64,000 bases of DNA from Takakia lepidozioides. Lineage: Eukaryota; Plantae; Bryophyta. The stretch covers positions 31,062,001 to 31,126,000 of the forward strand of contig CM060732.1 in assembly GCA_030704615.1 (NCBI GenBank), written 5' to 3'. Of this stretch, positions 36,201 to 48,185 are shown one piece after another. Within the stretch, counting starts at the first letter, position 1; every line of letters starts with the position of its first letter. A program made the position numbers and the translations under genes. The notes under the pieces are model-generated. The model ran no database searches. It was not told the origin of the DNA and saw only the letters and a program-made list of their open reading frames with translations.

Positions 36201-37800
36201 GTCCAAGGGAAAATGAAGACCTTGACTGCGGATTGCTAGGTGTTGAACGCCAGTGCTTTGTCCACATCTGATTTGGAGGAGAACAGGACTGCATAGAAGC
36301 CTCGGCCCATGGAGAGGCTGAAATGATGCGCGAGTCCACCTTGGTGTCCGAGATGTTGGATTACCCAGCGCCTGATCTCAGCTCTAGGGCGGGGTTTTCC
36401 AGGGAAGTAGATGAGGATTCCTGTTTGAGTCAGTTTTTGCGCTTGTGCGATCAACTTGTCTTTGTTCAAAGCGATAACAGGTTGTTCTGTCTCCACTTGC
36501 ACCTCTGTATCTTCCCATAACACCTCAGCGGGCCTGGGGGATGGCAGTGTGGCATTTGTAGTCGGGTCTTTTCCAAGGATGGAGCCAGAGGCCTCAAAGG
36601 CATTTTTCTTGGTCCATACCTGGTTTTTGCCTCTTCCTTGAGTGGAGGCTCCTCCGCGTTTGCCATGCTTCGAGCTTCCTCATCTGGAGTCCATGACAAT
36701 ACCACCAAACGACGATGGTCAGCAAGTCACTTAGACTGGCGCTCCGCTGGGAACAGTGAGAATGAGAGGATAAATTTTAGAATTGAGAAGAGGATCGGGG
36801 GGGGGGGGGGGGGGGTGGTAGTTGGAAGCTGCGAATGCAGCTGAAGCAGTGAGAAGTAGTGAGAAGAAGGATATTCAAGCTGATGTTGAGGGAACACCTT
36901 GAAGCAAATGAAAAGAGTGTGAGTGAAAGAGACAGAGAGATACTAGTGCCTGGTAGATATGAAGTGAGCATGTAATTTGTATCACCCAAGGGGTTATGGT
37001 TGCTTCCCTGTCAACTTCTTTAGGCCAGGGTGTTGAGCTTGTGATAGGCAGCAGGCCCAGTCCCATTTGTTGCCCTTCCGTCTTTGTGCCGTCATTCATA
37101 AAGAGAACCTGTAAACTTGAATTTTGGCAGGAATGAGTAGCCCTTTCATTGTGATCACAGCTTCACTGTCAGTTGTAGTGTCCAGAGGGGGCAATGCGCC
37201 GGTAGCAGGGCGGCCCATTAGTGGAGTGAGGCGAAGATGCAGAGAGTGAGAAGGAAGGATGCTTTGTGAAGTTTATGAATGAATGATATTTTCTGTGAGA
37301 AGTTTCTTGAGAGAGCAAGGTAGAGACAAGTGCAGATGATCGTAAGTGTTGATGAACGCTGGGTCTTGGCGTACCTCAGTCCATCCTTGAATACACAGAT
37401 CATTGCTTAAGAAGATAGGGGGAAAGAAAGTGGCTAAGTCCCTGGGCTCACTCACCGCAAACTGCGGAGCAACACCCATCCCCTCCCCCCCCTCGACCCC
37501 TCCCAAAGTTAAAGTTAAACATCCGCCTGATATCTCTCCTGGAAAGGCTCCAACCATTGTCCTAGGAATGCCCACTTTGCTATTTTTCGTGAATTTCCAA
37601 CGACCAAAAGTACTTGAAATTCCACATCTCCAACACTGCAGGTCCCAAAATCATGAGACCAAGCCTGTGCACTCCTCCTCGTCGAGGGCTTTCCAATGGT
37701 ACCAAGCGCTAGGGCTGGGGCCTCGCGGTGTGGGACATCTCAACGTGACGAAACAAAACAAAACAAAACAAACAATTGTTTTGTCATCTTTTGCAATAGA
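33289..37800 (-). mobile_element. Non-autonomous Helitron-like element, interrupted by a LINE
   Basis: The minus-strand 3' end is a GC-rich subterminal motif followed by CTAG|T (33289-33320). The sequence GATATCTCTC..GGCTCCAA..GACCAAAAGTACTTGAAATTC occurs on both sides of the LINE (33400-33456 and 37530-37622). An (AAAAC)n tract lies near the putative 5' end. Confidence 0.55.
33531..37529 (-). mobile_element. Internally deleted L1-clade LINE (second copy) with poly-A tail
   Basis: Poly-T at 33531-33548. The ORF2 C-terminus (GGLGIIDP.AQIKALLAKWIPRAI..; WKDVWRK..KISAFLWKL) and ORF1 fragments are homologous to the first copy. EN and RT are missing, with a junction near 35655. ATATCT flanks both ends. 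Confidence 0.88.
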
Positions 37801-38422
37801 CAATGTTGCTTGCAACCGTCAACAAACACCTTTATTGGTACACTCTACTGGTAGTCCATAGAGGATAGGATTTTCCAAGTCAAGCACATTTTGAGCATTC
37901 ATATCCTCCCCAAAATATGGGAGATGAAATGAGTATTGGAGACATGTATGACTACAGTGAAGCTTTCAGCCTAGAGAGAATTTCCTTTATTTTGCACTTA
38001 GTGCAAATAATAGTCACTTGGCCAAACCTTTGGTTCATTTTCTCGCAAATTTTGAATACCACACTTCACAGCACTTTTGATGGCCAAGGGGCACACATCA
38101 TAGGATATCATCTTCTGTTAAAACTGCCTGAACCTTGCAACTCTCAATGCCTTGAGAGGCCTCCTTGCCACAAATATTTGCCCAAGATGAAACGAAGGTG
38201 GCATAGAACTGGAAAGCTTTCAGCCTAAAAAAGAACTTGCACATGTAGACAAGATATGTCAGTTGGTAATTGTCTACTGTCCAGTTTTCCAATATCACTT
38301 TCCAGCTCTTTGAATGACCACTGTTGTTGGTGCTTTGGTCTATCCAGGCCATTCTGCTTCAACATACAGTACAAAATGCTATATGGGAGGTTGCATCTTC
38401 AAATAATAGATGTGGTCATGAC

Positions 38423-39235
38423 CAGTGTTGTACCGGTATATAGGGTATTCCCTGGTATGTGCACAGGTATATGCAATGGTATCAAGGACCCCACCTAGAC
38501 CCCACCAGCCTGATATCAACCAAGAGAAATACCCCCGCTATGCACAAGTTACCCCCAATAAGTCCCAAATTAATACCCTGGCTTCTACCATACCAGTATG
38601 GTATTCATTAATGTCATACCCTTGTAGATACCAGTACTTCCCCCTCGGTGTGGCGAAGTCCCTAGAGTATTTGTATAGCATAGGTTGGGGGAGGGGGTGG
38701 GGGGCTTCTTCAATGTCCACTGTAGTGGCTGTAAATTTTACTGCAGATGCTGATTTGGTTGAGGATCATGAAGATGAATTGCAAGAGGCTGGATATTTTG
38801 ATGACTTGGGAGATTAGACTTCTTAGCATGCTACTAATGGGATTGATTCCATCTGAAATTGAATCAAATTCTGCAACCACTCAATTGTTCTAGAGGCACT
38901 TACAATTGTATTTGTGGCGACTTCAAGAAAATACTTTGATTTAAAATATCTATTCAGGGATTTTGTTACAACAAATTTGCTCTTATTATTTTAAGGTCTG
39001 CAATGATCTTATTTAATACCAGACCCGGATATATGTATCACTGGTATCGCGCAAACAACTACTCTATTTATACCAGATCAAACAAAACTACTCACTTCTA
39101 TTTATTTATACCAGTCCAGTATCTAATTTTTTTAAATTAATCTAATACCAGGACCTGCCATATCTCAAATTTAGTCCATAATTCACTACCAGTACTAGTC
39201 TGGTATGCCCAAATTTTAATATTGGTACAACACTG
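38423..39235. mobile_element. Non-autonomous hAT element
   Basis: 12-bp TIR CAGTGTTGTACC / GGTACAACACTG and a perfect 8-bp TSD GTCATGAC (38415-38422 and 39236-39243). Many subterminal ATACC/GGTAT motifs. Confidence 0.88.
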
Positions 39236-39465
39236 GTCATGACGTCCAATATGTCAATGTGTGACTGGACTAGCTTGATTTACCCTTGCAGAAAAGGCCC
39301 AACAGTACATTGCAATCTCTACTAGTACATATTCTTTACAATCCGAAAGGACTCTTTCAACGTACTCTTTCAGCAATTGAACTTTGGACCCTCAGGTTCT
39401 AAGATCTAAGATCTATTAGCATGTTGTATCAGAGCATGTGGACCATAATCCTCTCAAATGGCACC

Positions 39466-42400
39466 TCAGGATGATGACACTTTGGCCAGGTGCGCAAAAA
39501 CTTGACCACGGTGCTCAAAATTCTGGAATTCATCAAAACTTGCACATGCTGGACTTAGCAAAACTGCATCCCCTGCATCATGCAAATCAGATTTCAACAA
39601 ACAATTTTTTTTTGGTGGAGCACAAATAGACACATCGAGTCTCATATTACCTGCTAGGATTGAAATGGAAGACCAGGAGAAGGAACTTACCAGGCTGTGC
39701 TAGAGTACGGGCTAGGTGCACTGCATCCGCCAAATGCTGGGTCCGTTTGCATGGGATGTCCAGACCTGCTGCGAGCAGTTCCTTCTCTATGGCTTGCCCT
39801 GATGCCCCAAACTATCCACAGTCACCACCCTACATTAACTCCATAGCTGTAGCCAGTGCCTTAGTTTCCATCTCATGTTTGAAGAGCAGTAGATCTAACA
39901 ATAAGTATCACCAAGTTATCTCTTCTTGTTTTGTAGTCAATCTTGTCCCAAGAAAATAGTCCAATCATGACCATGCACAAAGTGTTCAGTTTAAGAGCTT
40001 TGCATTTCTCCCCCACTCCCTTTCTCAGTGTGGAACTTCCCATACTCCAAGCCAGACGGATAACGGCAGACAGACGGCATGTTCATTTGGACATAAGGAA
40101 AACTCTACTCACAAGGATGACAGCTCTGTGAGCTTGCAAAACTTCCACAAGTAGAGTAAAGCCAAGATCACTGTCTCCTGGGCCTGCCTGCACCCCAGGA
40201 AGCTCACAACTTCTATCACCCAGTTGTATGTAGTTTCCAAAAGTCACCTGCATTACTCTTTCAAAGGTTCTCCAAACTTCCTGGTACCTACACTCCTCAG
40301 CTGACTAACAATAGAAGAGGCTGCGTTGAGACGAACCAGATAATACAACACAGAGTAATATTGAGGAACTCACACATCAGCAATTTATTGTCCAACTAAG
40401 TAACCAAACAGCAACACCACCTACTAGCTCAAAACTGATCACCTCAGAATGATCATTGGTCTGTCTGACAGATCAAAGTGTAATGATTCCTAACATTCAC
40501 TGTCTAGCTCCCAAGCCTACACCAGAAGCTATCTAATAATAGATGTATTAAATCCAGGAAAGATTATAATTGTGAACAGATTTGGACCCAACCTTTGCAA
40601 GTCCTCCAAGCAACACCACCGCCTTCCACCCAATAAAACTTTTCACTCCTGTGTAGGTAGCCTCCACATTGGTAGCTTTGCTGTCGTTTACCCACATCAC
40701 GCCGCGATCATCACGACAAACTGTATCCGCCCAACTTTTGCTCGATAATAGAACTGTGACTCTGAAACTATGGGTCCACAAGGCACAACACCTCTGCCAA
40801 CTGAGATGGCTCCCTCTCAATGTCTATAAACTGCCAAGCCCCTGCCACCTACTTAGAAGACACTATGGTTCTAACTGAGTCAACAGAAGATCAGTGACTT
40901 TATCAGACCCTTGTGCGCTTAGGGACACCTATGTATCTATTTAGAATGAACAAGTGTCAGAAGGGAGGAATATAAGGAAGAGCTTACCAATTTCCATCCG
41001 ATGAGGTAGTGGCTGCAGGAGGGGAAGCGCAGCCTGGATATCAGCAGGCTGCACACCGAGGTCCAGCGACAGTGTGAGCAGCACTGCCGTGCCTGCATTG
41101 TGTGCATTATGTGCACCGATGGCTTGGAGCCCACGAAGGTATAAGCGTGCCTCCATACCCGTTGTGGGCACCACCACTATAGCACGTTGTGCATCCTTGT
41201 CCAGCTTCAGCAACCACAAACAGTCATCACATTTATTCCCCCTTCCTTCTTTATGGCCGTGCACATTGTTGCTGAAAAGCAGCTCACACTCCGAAAGCAA
41301 TGAAGTGGTGGGAAACATGCAGTCTCACCTGGACTCCCGGCAGGCCTCCCAGCCACGCTCGGGTGCAGCTTGACCTCCTTTTTTGAACCAGTCTTCTTAA
41401 CAAGGCATCAGCTGCACAATCAGACCTTGATAGCATGAACGAATCACAATCAATGCACTTGATCACACACACGAAGGTACTCTTTAGGTGCGGAAAGATT
41501 CAAGACCATTCTGTATATTTTGATAAATTGAAATTTTGGAACAGAGCATGTAAAATTCCACAAAGACACTGTGATCTTTTAAAGGACTCACTGGATCAGT
41601 CTCTTACAGTGAGGAATAACACCCACATCAGAAGGGTCCATCTGTGCAAACACTCTACATTTCAGCATGCCATAAGCTTCCATTGTCTTGTGCCTCTCCA
41701 GATGATCAGGTGTCAGGTTCAATATCACAGCAACCTGCAACCATGCACATCATCTTAGTTTAGACATCCACAACACTACGTTTGTTAGTTCATGTTTGCG
41801 GGGAGGAGAGAAACATGGGAAGATAGAGGAAACCTGGCCATCCAACCATTTGAGAAGTCAGAGGTAACAAGGGGATAGATAGCTAGATTGGAAACAAAGC
41901 TCCCTGTTCCCTACCTGGTGTAAGTGATACCATGGTCTTCACAGATAGGCATTTGTGAGATCCCAGCCACAAGTCAAGTGGCAGGTTTGAAGATAAAACA
42001 CACCTTGGGATGAAAGAGGCCAGGGAGTTCCATTTGGTAGCTGCTCACCTCCACTACTGCAGCCTGTGTGACATCTTGCACCAGATTTCAGGCACTCATC
42101 AGCTGCTATGCTAAATCTTATAAGAGAATTAACATTCTAAAATCTTAAGAAGAAACAGATACCTATATGGGTACTTGAAGCTCCAATGGCAAGTGCTTTA
42201 CATAGACAACAGCACCCAACCTGTTCATAGAAATACAGACATGATTGGGGCTGCATAAAAGTCATGTGATTAAAAGCCTTTGCTGCAAAGAGGAACTTCA
42301 AAAGGATGCTTAGAAGTTTTGAGCACAGAGTTAACCAAAAGATGAGGTACTTGCATGGTACGGAGGATCGTCCACTGGAAAGGACATACATTGCAAGGCA

Positions 42401-45400
42401 GCCTCTGACAATGGTGTGCCAAGGTTCCCACCCATGAATGTACGCACTCCAGCATGCTTCAGCAACTGCTCCCATTCATACATCAGACAATCACCAAATT
42501 TGGTACATCATTAGTGCATGTAACACCATCAAATCCTAGTGGAAAGTGCTGCAGAAGAAGCACAATGCATGCAGGCCCCTCTGCAGAGCCAGAATTCCCA
42601 AGATCACTTGATCATATCAAACCAAGACACAAGTTCCTGCAAGAACCTTGCCAACCATTTACTGTTGAGAAGACATAGGATGTCAGCAACCTGTGTTTGG
42701 TTACTCAGAAAGGCCATCAGTTCGACCATCTGCCCTTCCTATGAATCACATGCCCAGCCTAAAAAGAACTGCAATGGCTAAATGATAATGCATGATTTTA
42801 CCAAAACCATAGGTATCCGCAAAGTTGTAAGCTATGTATGGGGGCTGACACTATGAAAAACTTAGACAAGTTTCCAAAGGCAATCAATGTGAACTAAATT
42901 GGGACAGCGTTGGCTTGCAGTACAGTGAGCCACAAATTTCACATCTGTAAATTGGTTTGGTAACAAACTGATGAGGGTAGGTGCATTGCTACAGAGTGTG
43001 GCCTAGCATTTGTGGTGGAGAGGTCGCCTACCAAAACCCGTTAAGAGGGACATATGGGCAGCACCTGGCCAGTGAATGTGGTAACGGTGGATTTGCCGTT
43101 GGTGCCTGTCACAGCAGCAATCTTCACATGTTTGGGCAATGCAGCTGCTGCAAAGCCCAATTCTGATATAGCAGGGACTCCCTGCATACTTAAAACAAGA
43201 TCTTCCATCATGATATGATAGAACCAAGCTCAGAACTCAAATGCAGACAACTTGCAAGCAGGGAGCAGCCTGAAATTCCCAGGCCTCAGCTTCCTCTGGG
43301 CTCTCTCCATAGTGGAATCACGGAATCCACTCTATGATGACATGGATACCAAACATTTTCTGATGCAGGAGACTGCTGAAAAAAAGGCCCTTTGTTAATG
43401 CATAAAATGGATGTATCACTGTGCCTATTTTTATTAAGTTTGAGAAGATTGAAAGTTGTGAATCTCCTTGCATAATTCTGGGTGATTACTTTCGAGTCAA
43501 ATTCATGCTAGACTCTAGCTCAATCTGCAGAACTCTATGTATTCAGGTACGGTCCACTATTGTAGAAAGCTTTCAGTGACTGGTAAAGATAAGTTGGGCC
43601 AGGAAACATAGCTCCACATACGTGAGCTACAGCCTGGTACATATTGAATCTGAGCTTTTGGAGCCTTTTGATGAACAAGCAAGAAGTCAAGGACACTGGT
43701 AAGGCCTTTCCTGTGCTGGACAGCTGATTCTCCCCACAAGAAGGCTGCCCACCTGTGGAGCATAATCAGGGAAGAGGGGAACCATTTGCCTACTCTGGCC
43801 GCAAGTCCGGACCCCTATTGCAAGTAAAAACCTCATATGTCTTCCTTTCCCTCGGTCTCTCTCTCCCTTCTCTCTCCATGCCAGCCCTTATGTTTGCGGA
43901 TGACTCCGCAGGCATAGGGGAGACTCCAACCAATCTCCAGGAGTTGATTGATTGCGCGAAGAGATACTTTGATCTTTGGGGGCTAGAGGCTAATGTCAGC
44001 AAATGTGCAGTGGTAGCATTCAATGGCAGAGGAGAGGGAGGAAGTGATCTTAAGTGGCAGTGGGGTAGCCAAGAGATCCCGGTCCTCCCTTCCTACACTT
44101 ACCTGGGCGTTGAGTTTTCCTCCAATTGTAATTGGGATGCACATATCCGGAAAGTTGTTCAAACTGGCAAGGGCAAAGCTCTGGGGCTCACTAAATTTTT
44201 CCACTGCAGAGGGGTCAACTCTGAGGTTAAGAAAACCATGCTTTGTCGCATTATTAGACCTGCCTTGGAGTACGGATCTGCAATGTGGGTTGATAGCTCC
44301 AACCAAGCTAAGTCTCTAGAATCCATTCAAGTGGGGGTGCTTAAGGAGTGTATGTCGGCATGCTCCAAAACAGCCAATGTGGCTGTTCGGGGTGAGTTTG
44401 GCATTCCGTCCTTAAGCTCCTGACGAGATGAATTCAAGGTCAGATGGTGGGGTCAGCTGCAACATATGTCCAACACCAGATATCCTAAGTTAATCGACTC
44501 GGGAAACAGGACCGCCCTGTCAAACAGGCTAAGTCCTGGCAGAAGAGAGTAGAAGAGATTCTCAAGGACCTGGACCTGGAACCGCAAGTCTTGACCCTGC
44601 TGCATGAGATTGTCTGATGAAAATGAAGTTAGGCAGAAAACTTCCCTGAACTTGTTTCCAGTCAGTGACATGGGGGAGGACTTGGATGACCTCAAGGGTC
44701 TACCCACTCTCGGCACTAGACTGAAATTTAAACTCAGGGCAGGAAGCCTACCTTTGAACAGCAAACAGAAGCAGAGAGGAAAGGGAGAGTGCAATTGCCC
44801 GTTGTGTGGGCAATCTGAAGACAGTACTCATTTTCTGATACACTGTCCAGGGTTCTCTCACCAAAGAGACGCTCTCTTCAAATCTATCAAGGGAATTGTG
44901 CCTGTACCTCTGTTTACCAACTTTGAAAGTCTCGAGGCTGAGCCAAAAGCCCAGGCCCTCCTGAGGCCTAGTTATTGGACAAATCACACACAGCAGATTT
45001 ATGCTTGTGTGAAGGGATTTCTAGAGGATATCTGGAAAACCCGGATTAATTCTATATATGAAGGTAAGTCTTACTACCAACGTCAGCCCCTGACAGAGGT
45101 AGGTTCTGTCCCTTTTGTTTCCGCTCAAACTGGGCGCGGGGTCAATGGCCACAAGGCTACGGCAAACAACGTCTTATGAGAACAATCTCTCTCCCTTCTG
45201 TTGAGTTTATCTAACTGATACCTAGGCGATACCCCCACTAAGAAGCCCTGTAACCTCAACAAACTGGCGCAAGCCTACTCCCATACTACCCTCCCCTCAG
45301 ACATCCTCAAACTCCTCATCGCCTTATTTCAGTTGACTCACTCATATTACTCCAGCCCACTAACCTGCCCCATGGAGCTCTCCACATACAGCAGCCCACA

Positions 45401-47849
45401 TCCACGTGACTGCTCGCTCACCTGCCCGCAGGGCCACTTGCACACGAGGCCCTTCAATGGGCCCGCCAGGCTACACACTCCTCCCCTTCCACCTCAACCA
45501 TCCTCATCCTAACTCAACAAAAAATGCCTGACCATCACCACCCCCTTCTACAACTCCCTCCTGACGTTACTCCTTTGGTGGCCATTGAACCCAAACAACT
45601 TCGATACATACGCAACCCACCCTTCCCGAAGAGGAGACTCATATACACTGGTGAGGCCCTACAATTGTGAAGCTTGCTGCTAGCAGCCCAAAGTTCATAA
45701 CACTCACAGCTTGGATGGCAGCAGCAACGTCAGGCTGTGTGAGAGGGATGCCAGGAGAAAGAACAAGCTGTGATGAATTCAGTAAACTGTCCCTCTGATG
45801 CCGTCCTAGCTCTGTGTGCACTCTGCTCAAATCATAACCTTCAAATGCTCGGTCCTCCTGCAGTCCAAAAAACTTTTGAAAGGGAGGAAATCATCTTGTA
45901 CAACGCACTCAGCTGCAAATAACTTCAAATTGAGGAGGTGGACAAACAAGCAGACTCCTACCCCTCCTCAAAAGAGTCACAACTGGCTTAGTATTTTCAT
46001 GTTTGACTCCAAGTTCCTGGCATAGTGACACCTTAACAAATCAAGTGCTAAACTATGTGTTTCCTTGGCATATTGGCACTCTCCAAAACCTATGTGCTCG
46101 ACTTTGCTGTCATATGGCGATTGTAACACCTTCTTTTGAAAAGGGGTAGTTACTGGTGGAAGACCACCACAGCCTACCTTTGGAGTACTGACTGAAGGAC
46201 CTCTCTTTTCTTTGTTGTATAGCCTGCTACAAGGACGACTTTGGTAATAAGTGTGAACGGGTTTAAGCCTGGGGTTTCAGGGATCACTAACCTGTTGGTT
46301 TGTGGGTTGGCTGTGATGGATCCAAGTTATCACTTCACCTTCTTTTGTTGCTGAGATTGTTGATAGCGCAAGAAAGGACCAAGTCAAAACCCACTAAAAG
46401 TCTTCATGCATTGTTTTTGTACAGAAACAATCATTGTAATATGTTTTGATTGGTTGTAGGAAGAACTAGGAGCTTGTGGTAAAATGGAAGCATGCACTTT
46501 ACACTTGCTAAAAGAAAGTAGGGAGGAAAACTTTTTTCTGAGACCCATTTATCTGATTACCACTTAGAACACCCTACACCTAGTTTTCTGGCAAGCATGT
46601 GGGAAATTTCAGGGTGCCTAAAGCAGGCTGTATGATGTCATGAAAAAAGGTAGACACAATGTCGTGGCAGTTTGTGGTGTCTAGCTTCGCCATGCTGTCT
46701 CTGTTTCATTGTTGTTCTACTTGAGATGAGAATCAAAGTATCCATAGACAGAACCAGATACATCAAACTTCCCACAAATGAAAACTGAGTGCTACAATCA
46801 TCCACAACAAGCGCAGAAAAAATGATGGATAGATAGCGGAGGTTCACAGCCAGTCCCAACTAGGCTCTGCAAAGTCCCGGACAACAAGAGGCAGACCTCC
46901 AACGGGAGAGAGGACAGGTTGGAGTCCATGGCAACCACATCTGCACCGCGTGCCAGCGCCAGTCTCACTGCAGCGCGCCCTGATGCTCCCAGCCCCACCA
47001 CCTACACCCCCTCCCCTCCCTTCAACTCCCTTTCCCTCCCCCTCGCCCTTGCTTGTAACGAGTACTATATCGTCTCTGAGGAAATGCTTTCTCCATTGTC
47101 TCAAACTACTCTAATTCCACCCAACCACCCAACAAAATTCTTGACCCGATACTTCGGTTAGACAGAGAGATGTGATGAAACTAGAGTTACTGGTTTGATC
47201 CAGCAGTTTTGACACAGCTTGCCCATTGGAGATTTTTTCATCCTCCTTCCGCTACTGTTTCTCTCCCACTCTAACAGTGCACCGTGAATAGGAGACCCCT
47301 TGAACTACGACTTCCCATTGCCGGACAGCTGTGCTCTCGTTTCTCATTTTACTATTGTCAGCAATACCACAAAACAGGGGCTCGCGAATGCTGAAAAGCG
47401 AATAGGAAGGTCAATTTCCGTTCAAAATTCAAAGAGATTCGCCTGCGATGTACAACAATGGCGTTGCACATACGAACTTACAGCAACAGTCGTCCCATGG
47501 AGATCCTGGCGACTCTCTACGACTGCTCGTGCTGCCAGCGCTCTATGTTTCGCCCGTCTCCCGGTGCCCTTCTCCACACCCAAGCAAGGACAGCATATTG
47601 TTGGCTTTAAAGACAATCCTGGCCACAGGCGGGAAGAATAATCAGCTGAGAGCACATGCAATCCATCGCACAGTCATGGAAAAACGTGGAAAATGTTCAG
47701 TTTGTCTGTTTCGCACCTTGCAGCCTTTCCATGTGAATGAGTCCACACATGCCCCCCGCAAATGTCATGCAGATCGTGGTAGAAGCTCGAGCGAATGCTT
47801 GGCAAGGCCAAGCGCAAACACTCCACACTGCAACGCCATTGTGAACCAT
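39466..47849 (-). CDS. murD: UDP-N-acetylmuramoyl-L-alanine--D-glutamate ligase (plastid peptidoglycan MurD), multi-exon
   Basis: Exon-encoded motifs in order: [16 protein letters not shown] (47481/47001), VLSPGIP (~45770), [12 protein letters not shown] (~43100, P-loop), GGNLGTP (~42430), EVSSYQ (~42045), [11 protein letters not shown] (~41710), LPHRME (~41000), WVNDSKATN (~40690), [21 protein letters not shown], then stop at 39466. The first exon and start are tentative. Confidence 0.92.
43872..45185 (+). mobile_element. 5'-truncated LINE (RTE/RTEX-like RT plus C-terminal zinc motif) in a murD intron
   Basis: [20 protein letters not shown] and [16 protein letters not shown] motifs. 14-bp TSD TCTCTCTCCCTTCT at 43858-43871 and 45186-45199. 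Confidence 0.85.
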
Positions 47850-47942
47850 AAACCCTAACCCTAAGCCCTCGAAATGGACGAAACATGAACGACGAGAAGC
47901 TTTACGTTGGGCAGACATTTCCAAGATTCACTCGCTGCCACA

Positions 47943-47962
47943 GACACGTGGCTGACACGTGT
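47943..47962. promoter_or_regulatory. Tandem G-box/ABRE elements in the murD-CBS divergent promoter
   Basis: GACACGTGGC and GACACGTGTC within 20 bp. A telo-box AAACCCTA lies at ~47850. Confidence 0.45.
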
Positions 47963-48185
47963 CGAGCGGTGAGCAAGCGTCCACGAAGCAAGCCAAGAAG
48001 CATGCAGTTGATCCTTGAGAGCACGAGAGAGAGAGAGAGATCTTCACAGACAACAGACAGACAGATTGATGTGCTTGTGTTGGTGGATGCAGATTAGTAT
48101 CGTTGTGTAAAGATCAGAGAGCATTGTGAAGAAGGCAACGCGCTAATCTGGTGGCCCGGCACGGCAGAAATCTTGAACGGGGAGC

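Noticed and set aside
42085-42105. Minimal hammerhead ribozyme core (CTGATGAG..GAAA on the minus strand)
   Set aside because: No convincing stems I or III; it lies in a murD intron near an acceptor and is likely chance.
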